Assembly: GCA_031276195.1 (NCBI GenBank)
Contig: JAISNN010000053.1
Coordinates: forward strand, 38,896-102,895
Direction of reading: 5' to 3'
Length of the DNA: 64,000 bases
DNA from: Clostridiales bacterium
GTDB taxonomy: Bacteria > Bacillota > Clostridia > Christensenellales > JAISNN01
Position numbers and translations under genes: made by a program. Of the stretch, positions 19,751-29,213 are shown one piece after another (position 1 is the stretch's first letter; the number at the start of each line of letters is the position of its first letter). The notes below the pieces were generated by a model. It worked only from the letters and a program-made list of their open reading frames with translations. It searched no databases and had not been told where the DNA came from.

Positions 19751-20467
19751 TTACGAAACCGAAATAAAAATCAAAACCGCGATAAAAAACAGAATGAAAG
19801 CGACGTTAAAGCCCGCGCCGTCCAAATACGGCGAGCCGATTTTGGTATATTTTCTTAAAACCGCCAACGCGGGCACGATGAAAATCGGCGTAAAAAAACC
19901 GAAAAACCAAGGCATTTCCGTCTGTCCCGCGAAAATCAAAACGGAAAAAATTATCCATCCCGACGCGGTCGCGCCGATCGCGGAAAACCACGTGATAAAC
20001 AAAAACTTCACATATTCGTCGAAAGTTCCGACCGCGTCCGCGCTTATCTTTTCGCCCGATTTATAGGTTTCATAGAGGTTTTTGCTCTCAACTCCGACAT
20101 AATAAAAGGCGATATGGGCGGGCGGCGACAACGTAAACCCCGCGCCCAGCAAAACCAAAGCGGCGGCAGACCAAAATGACGGGACGGACAAGGCGTACTG
20201 AGAATACAGCGAAAAAAGCATAAACGGCGCGCCGAAAAAGCCGCAAAGCGCGCCGGCGCGAAACCTTTTAACCGAACCTTCAAGCATATAATACGCGAAT
20301 TTCTTCTCCTTTACGGGAAGATTTTTCAAATAATCCGTATATTTATTTGCGTCCGGAGCAAAGCCGACGAGGAATATATCCCCGAACATCCATATAATTC
20401 CGCTCAAAAGTCCCGCGATAACGGCCGCTTCAACCATTTCGACACCTCCGCTTTTGCCGTTCGGCAA
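19751..20467 (-). CDS. Hypothetical polytopic membrane protein
   Basis: 238-aa ORF with about 6 hydrophobic segments. No motif I recognise. The true start may be the internal Met (MVEAAVIAG). Confidence 0.6.
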   Translation of the reverse strand: MPNGKSGGVEMVEAAVIAGLLSGIIWMFGDIFLVGFAPDANKYTDYLKNLPVKEKKFAYYMLEGSVKRFRAGALCGFFGAPFMLFSLYSQYALSVPSFWSAAALVLLGAGFTLSPPAHIAFYYVGVESKNLYETYKSGEKISADAVGTFDEYVKFLFITWFSAIGATASGWIIFSVLIFAGQTEMPWFFGFFTPIFIVPALAVLRKYTKIGSPYLDGAGFNVAFILFFIAVLIFISVS

Positions 20468-20552
20468 TGATAAAATTTATTTTTTGTGATTTGATATTTT
20501 TTCTTTTTTTATTTCCCGTCGTTTTTCGCGTCTTTACCGCCGTTTTTGATAC

Positions 20553-20668
20553 TTTCGCATTTTCATTTTTCGCTGTCTTTCTTGCATTTTTACCGACGTT
20601 TTTGATACTTTCGCGTTTTCATTTTTCGCTGTCTTTCTTGCATTTTTATCGACGTTTTTTGATATTTT
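20553..20668. repeat. 58-bp tandem duplication
   Basis: TTCGC(A/G)TTTTCATTTTTCGCTGTCTTTCTTGCATTTTTA(C/T)CGACGTTTTTGATA is read twice. Confidence 0.8.
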
Positions 20669-20674
20669 AGTGTT

Positions 20675-21031
20675 TCAACCTTCGTTTTCCAAAAACGCTT
20701 TTACGAACGCGGCGTCCGCTTCCGTCCCCTCGCCCTCGATGTTTCTAATGACCTTAATGCCGTATTCCTTTTCTATTTTCAGCCCCGCGGCGCAAAAAAA
20801 TCTTCCGAATCTTTTATCGCCGTTGACCACGACTCCCTTGACGAAACCCGAATAACTCTTCAAAAATGTTTTCGTCGCTTTGGATATTTTCCCCAGCCCC
20901 TCGTTACGCGTGATCAAAATGCAATCCCCGTCCGCCCCGTCGGCAACCGAACGCGCTCCGGACGACAACTTTTCGGCGAATTTTTTTCCTTTTCCGCTTC
21001 GACTGTCATATACGATCAGATACATAAACAT
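20675..21031 (-). CDS. nrdI: NrdI-like flavodoxin-fold protein
   Basis: 118 aa. N-terminal LIVYDSRSGKGKKF and ILITRNEG...GVVVNGDKRFG match the NrdI pattern as I remember it (YDS.TGN..RF ... SGN.N.G). No nrdEF genes in the window. Confidence 0.55.
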   Translation of the reverse strand: MFMYLIVYDSRSGKGKKFAEKLSSGARSVADGADGDCILITRNEGLGKISKATKTFLKSYSGFVKGVVVNGDKRFGRFFCAAGLKIEKEYGIKVIRNIEGEGTEADAAFVKAFLENEG

Positions 21032-21543
21032 TTCTCCTTGTATATATTGTATAGCGGTTAAACTTTTAAATCAAACGTGCGGTTGATTTAAAGCCGCTCT
21101 ATAAAATGCGGCGGCACAGTGTTTGCAATTTGCCGGGTTTACCGCTATGACGGCATTAAAACGGGCGCAATCCCCTCCCTCCTCCGTATTTAAAGACGGC
21201 GGATTTTAATCCGCACACCGTACGGATTAAAAGTTTAATTAGTATAAAACCGAAATTAGGATTATACGCATTCGATCTTAATCCGCGCGGCGTACGGATT
21301 GAAAATTTAACGGGTACGCCTAATCAAAAATATAGTTACCTATGGCTAACTATATTAATTATATCAAAAAAATAAACTCATTGCAAGCGTTTTAATATAG
21401 TAATTACACTATTTTTATACCTCATTGCTTTATTTCGTGTAAATTTCTTTGATTTTTTCATATAATAATGCTATACTAATTAAAGTTTCAAATCCGACAA
21501 TGCCGGATTCCGTTTCACGGGAACTATACGAGGAGGATAAAAT

Positions 21544-21741
21544 ATGTCCGAGAAAAAACTGTACAAGATAAAAAGCCAAAGGAAAATTTGCGGAGTATGC
21601 GCCGGCGCCGCCGAATATCTAAACATCGACGTTTCTATCATCCGTATAATATGGGCGGCTTGCGTACTTTTCGCGGGTACGGGGCTGTTTTTGTATATCA
21701 TCGCCGCCATAATCCTGCCCGAAAAAAACGAGGAATTATAG
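21544..21741 (+). CDS. PspC-domain membrane protein
   Basis: 65 aa. LYKIKSQRKICGVCAGAAEYLNIDVSIIRIIW is the canonical PspC-domain N-terminus, followed by one TM helix. Confidence 0.8.
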   Translation: MSEKKLYKIKSQRKICGVCAGAAEYLNIDVSIIRIIWAACVLFAGTGLFLYIIAAIILPEKNEEL

Positions 21742-21950
21742 TCCGTATGCTTGCTTTACTTTTGCGTATCACCGCCGCCATAATCCTGCCCGAAAAAAAC
21801 GAGGAATTATAGTCCGTATGCTTGCTTTACTTTTGCGTATCACCGCCGCCGCAGTCTTGCCCGAAAAAAACGAGGAATTATAGTCCGTATGCTTGCTTTA
21901 CTTTTGCGTATCACCGCCGCCGCAGTTTCGCCGAAAAAAACGATAACTTA
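21700..21950. repeat. ~70-bp tandem repeat (3 full copies plus a partial fourth) beginning inside the pspC-domain gene 3' end
   Basis: The unit ATC(G/A)CCGCCGCCATAATCCTGCCCGAAAAAAACGAGGAATTATAGTCCGTATGCTTGCTTTACTTTTGCGT is repeated. Each copy re-encodes ...AAIILPEKNEEL*. Confidence 0.9.
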
Positions 21951-22213
21951 CAGCCCTTATCGACGAAACGAAAGAACGCCTTTTCAAACCTTTTCACGCC
22001 CCTGCGCGAGCGGACATAAATCTATGCGCGCAAAAAAAGGACAACCCGTAAAGCCGTCCTTTTTGCGTTTATATTATCAATATTTATATTTTTAAAGTTA
22101 TCGCGATTTTAAATTTTGCGCTTAAATTCCGCGGTATAGTACCGCTAATCTTTCCGCATTTAAAAGCGCATTTTATCTTTGGAATTCCATACCGTAATTT
22201 CACATTTTTCCGC

Positions 22214-23917
22214 TTAAATCCCGCGGTATAGTACCGCGAATCCTTCGCCTTTGGAAAGGCATTTTTCTCCTTGAAATTCCATATTGTTGCTTATGATTTT
22301 ATAGCCGCTTATATCGCCTAATTTTTTGATACTAAACGTCTTTTCCTCTTTTTTCGGATAAAGAATTACGATCACCTCGTCGGCGTCGCTCGTCCGCTTA
22401 TATATATGCGGAAGTCCCGAGAGATTAAATGACAAGAGTTTATAAGGGCTTTCCGCACGGAGGCATTTCAATTTTCTTTTCAGCCCGATCAACTCTCTGA
22501 CCGTTTCGAGCAGAGAATTTTTGTCGCCGGTTTGACTTTCGACGGAGTGCGCGGCGGCGTTATTTATGTTTACGCTTTTGCTTTCGGCGGCTCCGTTTTC
22601 GGCAATTTTACTTTCCGTGATTTTGTCGGCGGCGGTTTTGTCCGCGCCTCCCGCTTTTCCCTTTTCGTTTTCGGCGGTTTCCGTCCCGAATTTCTCCACG
22701 GGCAGATAAAGATCCTTTTCGTCCGCGGTCGAAAACCCTCTGTTTTTCCCGTTCGTCCACTGCATAGGCGTTCTGGAACCCGTCCTATGGTAGCCGCCGT
22801 CCTTAGATTTTATATCGCGGTTGTAACTCATTCCGATCTCGTCGCCGTAGTATATAAACGGGACGTGCGGCATCGTCAAATGAAACGCGAAAGCCGTTTT
22901 CATTTGGTCAAAACTCCTCCCGAGCGACATTCTGTGTCTGTCGTGATTCCCGAGTGTAATCGCCTGGTAACCTCTTTTTTTGACCTTTGCGCCCGCGGCG
23001 TAGATCTGAGTGATAGCGGGTATAAAGTCCTCTCCGTTTTCGCCTAAATAGGCGGTTTTCGAGAAATTTTCGAGGTTGTTTCCGCACCATTTATAATACA
23101 AAAAATAGCCGCTTGAAAAGTCGATATCAAAGGAGGATTTTTGAACGGACTGACTCGGGTTGAACCATTCCGAAACAAAAACGGCGTCGGGAAATTCCGC
23201 CTTTATACGCGGTATGACGTCGTTCCAAAACTCTATATTTCCCTTTCTTTTAGGATCGTTTTTGATCATATGGTTCGCCATATCCACGCGGAAACCCGCC
23301 GCTCCCATCGCCAGCCAAAACTTGCACACGTCGATCAATCTTTCGCGGTTTTTCATGGGCGCGGGCGCGTTTGCGGCATCCTGCCAGCCCTCTTTCGGCT
23401 TATAATAGCCGTAGTTTATGGCGGGCTGAATGGAATAGTAATTGACGCGGAACATCTCGGGACGCTCTGACATTCCGCAAAGAAACTGCCCCGATTTGCT
23501 TTCGGCGGGGTTGTCCATCGGCTTCCAGATATATGTCTTTGTATGCTCGTTTTTTTCGTCCTTTTGGGATTCTTCGAACCACGGGTGGCGTATGGACGTA
23601 TGCCCCATAACAAGGTCGAGAAGGATTTTGATTCCCATTTTTTCCGCTTTTTCGAAAAGTTCTTTCATATCCTTATTCGTGCCGAATTTCTTGCCGGCCG
23701 TATAATAGTCGCTTATGTCGTAACCGCCGTCTTGAAAGGGCGACTCAAAGCACGGATTGAGCCAGATTCCGTTCGCGCCCAAGTCTTTTATGTAGTCTAA
23801 TTTTTCGATAATTCCGCGGATATCTCCCGTTCCGTCGCCGTCGGAGTCATAGAAACTCGTCGGATACACTTCGTAAAAAACCGCGCTTTCCAGCCAATCG
23901 TATTTCATTATTTCCAC
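22214..23917 (-). CDS. GH13 alpha-glucosidase / oligo-1,6-glucosidase-like glycoside hydrolase
   Basis: YEVYPTSFYDSDGDGTGDIRGI..KLDYIKDLGANGIWLNP, GFRVDMANH and EW..P motifs fit the GH13 oligo-glucosidase subfamilies. Confidence 0.85.
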   Translation of the reverse strand: MEIMKYDWLESAVFYEVYPTSFYDSDGDGTGDIRGIIEKLDYIKDLGANGIWLNPCFESPFQDGGYDISDYYTAGKKFGTNKDMKELFEKAEKMGIKILLDLVMGHTSIRHPWFEESQKDEKNEHTKTYIWKPMDNPAESKSGQFLCGMSERPEMFRVNYYSIQPAINYGYYKPKEGWQDAANAPAPMKNRERLIDVCKFWLAMGAAGFRVDMANHMIKNDPKRKGNIEFWNDVIPRIKAEFPDAVFVSEWFNPSQSVQKSSFDIDFSSGYFLYYKWCGNNLENFSKTAYLGENGEDFIPAITQIYAAGAKVKKRGYQAITLGNHDRHRMSLGRSFDQMKTAFAFHLTMPHVPFIYYGDEIGMSYNRDIKSKDGGYHRTGSRTPMQWTNGKNRGFSTADEKDLYLPVEKFGTETAENEKGKAGGADKTAADKITESKIAENGAAESKSVNINNAAAHSVESQTGDKNSLLETVRELIGLKRKLKCLRAESPYKLLSFNLSGLPHIYKRTSDADEVIVILYPKKEEKTFSIKKLGDISGYKIISNNMEFQGEKCLSKGEGFAVLYRGI

Positions 23918-24002
23918 CTCTTTTTTATATATTGCGTTATATGATTTTCCGCGGTTCTGTACCGCGTTTTTTTAGTTCCGTATTCCATATTTTTTTAAGC
24001 GT

Positions 24003-24872
24003 TTATTCCAATTCCTTTAACTCCTCGCCCTCGTCGTCGGAAATTTCTTTTTCGGACTGTTTGACCATCGCCTTCAACTCTTTGAGTTTATAATTTCTGA
24101 TGTCGAAAGACCCGTCGGCAAGGCGGATTTTGATCTTCGACGTTTGGCGCAGAATATCGTTCGACTCGACCGTTCCGTCGCCGTCGGGAGTCAAAGCCGT
24201 CGTCCCCACTCTCGGCAGTTCCTTGTACATTTCCTTATAATAGGCGTTTTCATAAGCCAAGCAGCACATCAGCCGTCCGCAGATTCCGCTTATTTTCGCG
24301 GGATTTAAGGAAAGCCCTTGAATTTTCGCCATTTTGATAGACACCTTTTCAAAGTCGGGGAGATGGTTGTTACAGCAGCACGGACGGCCGCAAGGAGCCA
24401 TTGCCCCGCGCATTTTGGCTTCGTCGCGTTCATAGATCTGTCTAAGTTCTATGCGGACGCGGAAAATAGCCGCCAAATCCTTGACCAATTCGCGGAAATC
24501 GACCCGCCCCGGCGCGGTAAAATATATGACGAGTTTGGTTCTGTCGAACGTGTATTCCGCGTCGACGAGTTTCATAACCAGTCCGCGCGCGCGGATTTTT
24601 TCGCCGACGGCGCGCAAGACCCCGGGTTTATCGGCTTTGTTGCGCCGATAAACCGCGTCGTCGTCCTCCGTCGCCTTTCGGATTATGCTCTTTAAGGGCG
24701 CGACGATTTCGCTGTCTTTGACCTCGCGGTTCGCGACGGCGACGGTTCCGTATTCCTCGCCCTTCGCGGTGTCGACTATGACGCCGCCGCCCTCCGAAAA
24801 ACTCTCGGAAAGCGGATCGAAATAGTATATTTTTCCTCTGTTGTTAAACTTTACTCCTATGATAATAGGCAT
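24003..24872 (-). CDS. ricT: PSP1-domain protein YaaT/RicT
   Basis: The N-terminus IIGVKFNNRGKIYYFDP and the Cys cluster CGRPCCC/CGRLMCC match the family. It lies directly downstream of holB, as in Bacillus. Confidence 0.85.
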   Translation of the reverse strand: MPIIIGVKFNNRGKIYYFDPLSESFSEGGGVIVDTAKGEEYGTVAVANREVKDSEIVAPLKSIIRKATEDDDAVYRRNKADKPGVLRAVGEKIRARGLVMKLVDAEYTFDRTKLVIYFTAPGRVDFRELVKDLAAIFRVRIELRQIYERDEAKMRGAMAPCGRPCCCNNHLPDFEKVSIKMAKIQGLSLNPAKISGICGRLMCCLAYENAYYKEMYKELPRVGTTALTPDGDGTVESNDILRQTSKIKIRLADGSFDIRNYKLKELKAMVKQSEKEISDDEGEELKELE

Positions 24873-24928
24873 AAACGTTCCCCCGTTTTTTGTAAATTGA
24901 TGATTAAGCGATATTTTTTTATACTAAA

Positions 24929-25930
24929 TTAAGAAAGAAACCCCGTTTCCAGCATACTCATCAGCAAACTTTCCGCAACGGATACGCAACCGACGTTGAA
25001 CGAAAGTTTCTTTTTTGCCTCGGCGATCAAAAAAATATATTTATTGAGTTTGTTTACGTCCGTATTTTCGATGAAAACCAACCCGTCATCCCCTTCCGAA
25101 ACGCCGCGAACCGCCGCGTTTATGATCGCTTCTAAAATGCCCAGCGTAGTTTTGATATGTTCTTTTTCAAAAAGCGGACGAAAGATATATTTCACGATAT
25201 CGCCGCTTTTTTTCAGCCCGTTCATAAGGGCGGTACATTCATAAAAAAGCCGCCGGAACTCTGCGTCCGCGATCATATTCTCGGCGTTGTTCACAAAGCC
25301 GCCCGCGCACAAAACCGCCTTTTCGACAAAATCGTCGTTCGGGAATTTCGCCTTTAAGATACGCGCCGCCGCGCCGGCGTCGCAATAGGTTTCGTACAAT
25401 TTTTCGCATCTCGACGTGACGGTTTTTAAAACTCCGTCCTCATTTTTTGCGGCGAGAAAAAAAACGACGTATTCGGGCGGTTCTTCCAATGATTTCAAGA
25501 GCCGGTTTTGGACGACGGGTTGAACGGCGTCGAAGGCGTTTATAAAATACAGTTTATAATCGCCGTCGATGGGCTTTATGTACATATCCTCGATCAGCGC
25601 GTCGGCGGCTTCGGCGTTGAATTTCGCCGTATAACTCCGCACGCCCGAATGGTTTCCCGTCAGGATTTTCCGGCATTCCGCGCAAGTCATACAAGGAATT
25701 TTTCCTCTTTTTTCCGGATCTCCGAACCGCGCGCCGTCATACGGATTATTTCCGTTCTTTTCCGCGCGCACGCCTCCGCAATGCAAAAGCAAAGAAAAAA
25801 GCATAAAAATATCCTCGGCGGCGTTTTGGTCGGGAGTTATCAAAAGGTAACTATGTTTTAATGTTTTGCGAACGATTTGCCCTCTCAGGTGCTTTATCGC
25901 GCGCGAATTTTTAAACGCTTCGGTATTCAC
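24929..25930 (-). CDS. holB: DNA polymerase III delta-prime subunit
   Basis: HSYLL..P, Zn module CMTCAECRKI, SRC motif (TSRCEK). GTG start with no obvious SD. Confidence 0.75.
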   Translation of the reverse strand: MNTEAFKNSRAIKHLRGQIVRKTLKHSYLLITPDQNAAEDIFMLFSLLLHCGGVRAEKNGNNPYDGARFGDPEKRGKIPCMTCAECRKILTGNHSGVRSYTAKFNAEAADALIEDMYIKPIDGDYKLYFINAFDAVQPVVQNRLLKSLEEPPEYVVFFLAAKNEDGVLKTVTSRCEKLYETYCDAGAAARILKAKFPNDDFVEKAVLCAGGFVNNAENMIADAEFRRLFYECTALMNGLKKSGDIVKYIFRPLFEKEHIKTTLGILEAIINAAVRGVSEGDDGLVFIENTDVNKLNKYIFLIAEAKKKLSFNVGCVSVAESLLMSMLETGFLS

Positions 25931-26169
25931 GAAAATATTATATCACACTTTAAGAAAAATTACAAATATAATTATATAGCGGTTAAACTTTTAATCCTTT
26001 CAAATATAAGGCTTAAAATACGCGCGGTCAAATAAAATAAGAGCGTACATATTGATTGCGTTTTCAAAGTTTTCGATTTATACTTTTGAGATTTTGGAAT
26101 TGAAAGACTATAAAAACAAGCGGAAAATGAAAAATTTTAATTTTTTTTTAAAAAACATATAAAAATTTG

Positions 26170-26198
26170 TTGACAAACTTTAAAAATCGTGTTAAAAT
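26170..26198 (+). promoter_or_regulatory. Sigma-70 promoter of the rubrerythrin gene
   Basis: TTGACA (26170-26175), 17-nt spacer, TGtTAAAAT (-10 at 26193-26198). Confidence 0.6.
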
Positions 26199-26210
26199 AT
26201 AACCGTTATC

Positions 26211-26228
26211 AAGAATAATTATTAATAA
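26211..26228. promoter_or_regulatory. Possible PerR/Fur-family operator between the -10 and the RBS
   Basis: AT-rich palindrome AATAATTATT (26214-26223) within AAGAATAATTATTAATAA. It resembles the TTATAATnATTATAA Per box as I remember it. Confidence 0.3.
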
Positions 26229-26242
26229 GGAGTTTAAAGATT

Positions 26243-26800
26243 ATGAAAAAATTTATTTGTTCAGTATGCGGTTATGTTCACGAAGGCGGCGACGCGCCCG
26301 ATTTCTGCCCCCAATGCAAAGCGCCTAAGGCGAAATTCAGCGAAGCGGCGGGCGGAAGCAAGTCGTTCGACGTCCCCTTTGCCGACGAACATAGGATCGG
26401 CGTCGCGGCGGGTTTGGACGCGGAGATCGTCGCCGGTTTAAAAGAGAACTTTATGGGCGAATGCACGGAGGTCGGAATGTACCTTGCGATGAGCAGACAA
26501 GCGGACAGAGAGGGTTATCCCGAGATCGCGGAGGCGTACAAGCGTTACGCGTTCGAGGAAGCCGACCACGCGTCGAGATTTGCCGAACTTTTGGGCGAGG
26601 TTTTGACGGGATCGACGAAGAAAAATCTCGAACTCAGAGCGATGGCGGAGAACGGAGCATGCGAGGGAAAGATGAAGATCGCAAGACGCGCCAAAGAACT
26701 CGGCTACGACGCGGTACACGACACGGTTCACGAGATGGCAAAAGACGAAGCGCGCCACGGAAAGGGCTTTATCGGTCTTTTGAAAAGATATTTTAATTAA
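26243..26800 (+). CDS. rbr: Reverse rubrerythrin (N-terminal rubredoxin-like CxxC...CxxC plus ferritin-like di-iron domain)
   Basis: [17 protein letters not shown], then the E..H di-iron ligand motif EEADHASRF and a second acidic helix motif [10 protein letters not shown]. Confidence 0.85.
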   Translation: MKKFICSVCGYVHEGGDAPDFCPQCKAPKAKFSEAAGGSKSFDVPFADEHRIGVAAGLDAEIVAGLKENFMGECTEVGMYLAMSRQADREGYPEIAEAYKRYAFEEADHASRFAELLGEVLTGSTKKNLELRAMAENGACEGKMKIARRAKELGYDAVHDTVHEMAKDEARHGKGFIGLLKRYFN

Positions 26801-26953
26801 CGCGCGTCCGCGTAACGCACCCTAAGAATCCGTAAGGGATAAATATTGCCTACATAAGATTTAATATATAACACAAAAGAAAACTTTTAAAAGATATCCG
26901 TATATATTTGCGGCATTTTCTAAAACGCGGCACAAAAGAAAACTTTTAAAAAT

Positions 26954-26984
26954 CTTCGCGAAAATTAAACGCGAAGGTTTTTTA
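26954..26984 (+). terminator. Intrinsic terminator downstream of rbr
   Basis: CTTCGCG-aaaattaaa-CGCGAAG followed by GTTTTTTA. Confidence 0.65.
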
Positions 26985-27112
26985 TTTTAAATCCCCTTTT
27001 TCACTTTTTCATCAAAAAACTCATAACGTAGCCGTACCCTTTTTCGGTATGCAAAAATCATACGATTACCATAATCTTTCAGACGGATACCCTTTTATTT
27101 TAAATCCCTTTT

Positions 27113-27337
27113 TCACTTTTTCATCAAAAAACTCATAACGTAGTCATACCCTTTTTCGGTATGCGGAATCATACAATTACTGCAATCTTTTAATCCGTTT
27201 TGAAGGGTAACAAAATGCCCCTTGCAGTCGAGATTATACAGCGGACAAAAGCAAAACATACAATTTTTTTCGACTCCGCCGTGGCAGACCGAATAGTATT
27301 CGCAATCCGTATTTGAAAAATATCTATAACTATTCAT
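27113..27337 (-). CDS. Cysteine-rich small-domain protein (putative metal-binding)
   Basis: Cys-dense sequence CEYYSVCHGG..KNCMFCFCPLYNLDCKG...CSNCMIPH. I prefer the internal Met (MNSYRYF, AAAGGA 9 nt upstream) over the 117-aa ORF start at 27466. Confidence 0.6.
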   Translation of the reverse strand: MNSYRYFSNTDCEYYSVCHGGVEKNCMFCFCPLYNLDCKGHFVTLQNGLKDCSNCMIPHTEKGYDYVMSFLMKK

Positions 27338-27703
27338 AAGTATTAATCCTTTTTTTGTTAACCCTATTTTTCTTTTCATTATATCACGCAATGAAAATTT
27401 AATCAATAAATAAACCGTAAAATACAAGCGGAATATTCGATTTCCGAGAAAAAAACGCGCGGACAAGCGTTAATAAACGCGGAATAACGACCTATAAACA
27501 CGGAATTTCGGATTTTATCGGGAAATGCGCTGTTTTTTTTTGCCTTTTTTTATTGACAAGTTCTTTTTATGTGGTATAATAAATATATCGCGGTTTAACG
27601 ACCCCGCGCGGCACGGGTTAAAATATAGCGTTTTACCGGATTTATGCCGGCGGACATTACACAATCTCCGCGTGAAAGTTTATATTAAAGGTGAAAAAAA
27701 ATT

Positions 27704-28621
27704 ATGAATTGTTTGATAATAAATAACCCCGTAAGCGGGCATTCTAAAACCGATGAGGAAATAAAGGACATAATAAATTTATTGAAAAAAAAGTACGAAA
27801 CCGTGGACATCGTGTCCACAAGCGAAACGCTGAACGCCGAGGAAATCTCGAAAGACAACCTCGGAAAGTATGACGCTTACATCGTTTTGGGCGGCGACGG
27901 AACGTTCAGCGAAACCGTTCGGAGCATCGCGGGCAAGGAAAACAGACCGCTTATCGGCTACGTTCCGAGCGGCACGGTCAACGATATCGCCCTTTCGAAC
28001 GGCATCCCCTTCAACTACAAAAAGGCGGTCAACGTCATTTTGACGGGCAAGCCTTTGACCAGAAGTTCGATGTTTTTGAACGGCGTACCCGTGGGCTTTT
28101 TGATCTCGGCGGGCATATGCACGAGCATAAGTTACACGACCAATCAAAACATAAAACGCAAAATCGGCAAACTCGCCTACTATTTCGATATCGTGTTCCG
28201 CGACAAGGGGCGGCGCGGAGAGTTACTCGAAGTAACTTTCGGCGACGAAACCAGAAGCGGACGTTTTTTATTCGCCGCCGCGCTCAATAACGTCAGCGTG
28301 GGCGGACTCCGCGTAATGAACAAAAAAGTTCAAAACGAGGAACAGTTTTATTTGATTCTCGTCAGGAGAAGCAAAGGACCTTTGGGCTTTTTCGCGGCAT
28401 TTTTCGCTATGGCGCGCGCGATTTTGAAAAGAGTGGACAGATTCGGAGACGAAACGCCGCATATCTTGATGAAAAAGGTGGACGCGGTAACCTTTAAATG
28501 CCTTTCAAATACGACGTGGAATACCGACGGCGAAAAAGGTCCGACGGGCGGAAGCATCGACGTTACGTATAAACGCGGTCAATTCGAACTTATAGTGCCG
28601 GAAAGCCAATTTAACGTTTAA
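27704..28621 (+). CDS. Diacylglycerol/lipid kinase family protein (DagK/YegS-like)
   Basis: NP.SG N-terminus, the GGDGT motif (VLGGDGTFSE) and GTVND. Confidence 0.85.
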   Translation: MNCLIINNPVSGHSKTDEEIKDIINLLKKKYETVDIVSTSETLNAEEISKDNLGKYDAYIVLGGDGTFSETVRSIAGKENRPLIGYVPSGTVNDIALSNGIPFNYKKAVNVILTGKPLTRSSMFLNGVPVGFLISAGICTSISYTTNQNIKRKIGKLAYYFDIVFRDKGRRGELLEVTFGDETRSGRFLFAAALNNVSVGGLRVMNKKVQNEEQFYLILVRRSKGPLGFFAAFFAMARAILKRVDRFGDETPHILMKKVDAVTFKCLSNTTWNTDGEKGPTGGSIDVTYKRGQFELIVPESQFNV

Positions 28622-28651
28622 AAAAGGCGTTTTAAGGCGGCATTATGAAGT

Positions 28652-29000
28652 GAATTATATGACTTATATTATATAATTTGTATTATATAAATACCCCTTT
28701 AATAGGCGGCGGACATTATAACATAAGCGATATAATTACGCCGCAAAAAACATAATACTTTGCCGCCCGTTTACGGAGCGGATATTATAACGCAAACGGT
28801 ATAATTACGCCGCAAAAACATAATACTTTGCCGCTCGTTTACGGAGCGGATATATAATATAAGCGATATAATTACGTACAAAACGTAATACGGTACCGCC
28901 CGTTTACGTATGGATTTTTATATAACGATTACACTTTAATTCCGCGGATTTACACGCGGAATTATATAATACAAATTATATAATTTATGTTATATAATTC
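28652..29000. mobile_element. MITE-like element: ~38-bp imperfect terminal inverted repeats around three ~62-bp direct repeats, no ORF
   Basis: The left arm GAATTATATGACTTATATTATATAATTTGTATTATATA (28652-28689) is the reverse complement (30/38 matching) of the right arm TATATAATACAAATTATATAATTTATGTTATATAATTC (28964-29000). Confidence 0.4.
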
Positions 29001-29213
29001 ATATCGGTTTTAACTATGGCGCGTTCACACAACGCGCCCCGATAAAAAAATTCACAGAGTTTATTAGTTCATATATAATTCATATGTTTGCGTTAAAATT
29101 ATTGTTATTATATATATATCATCGTAACTGTACGCGGCTTTAAAGCCGAAAATATTCGGCGGACACACAAATTTTCAGAAAAAATATCGATTAAAAAGGG
29201 AAAACTACTCACT

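Noticed and set aside
21205-21303. Two similar hairpins (TTAATCCG-n9-CGGATTAA) in the nrdI/pspC divergent region as a riboswitch or NrdR boxes
   Set aside because: They do not match the NrdR box palindrome as I remember it and have no conserved single-stranded core. They are most simply another small local repeat.
21588-22095. ORFs 21588..21812, 21822..22019 and 21889..22095
   Set aside because: They are created by the reiterated pspC 3' end. They share the duplicated ...ILPEKNEEL* tail or read through repeat copies.
27338-27466. N-terminal 43-codon extension of the Cys-rich small-domain ORF
   Set aside because: The extension is hydrophobic and low complexity and overlaps promoter-like AT-rich DNA. 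The internal Met has a plausible SD and yields the usual ~75-aa domain size.
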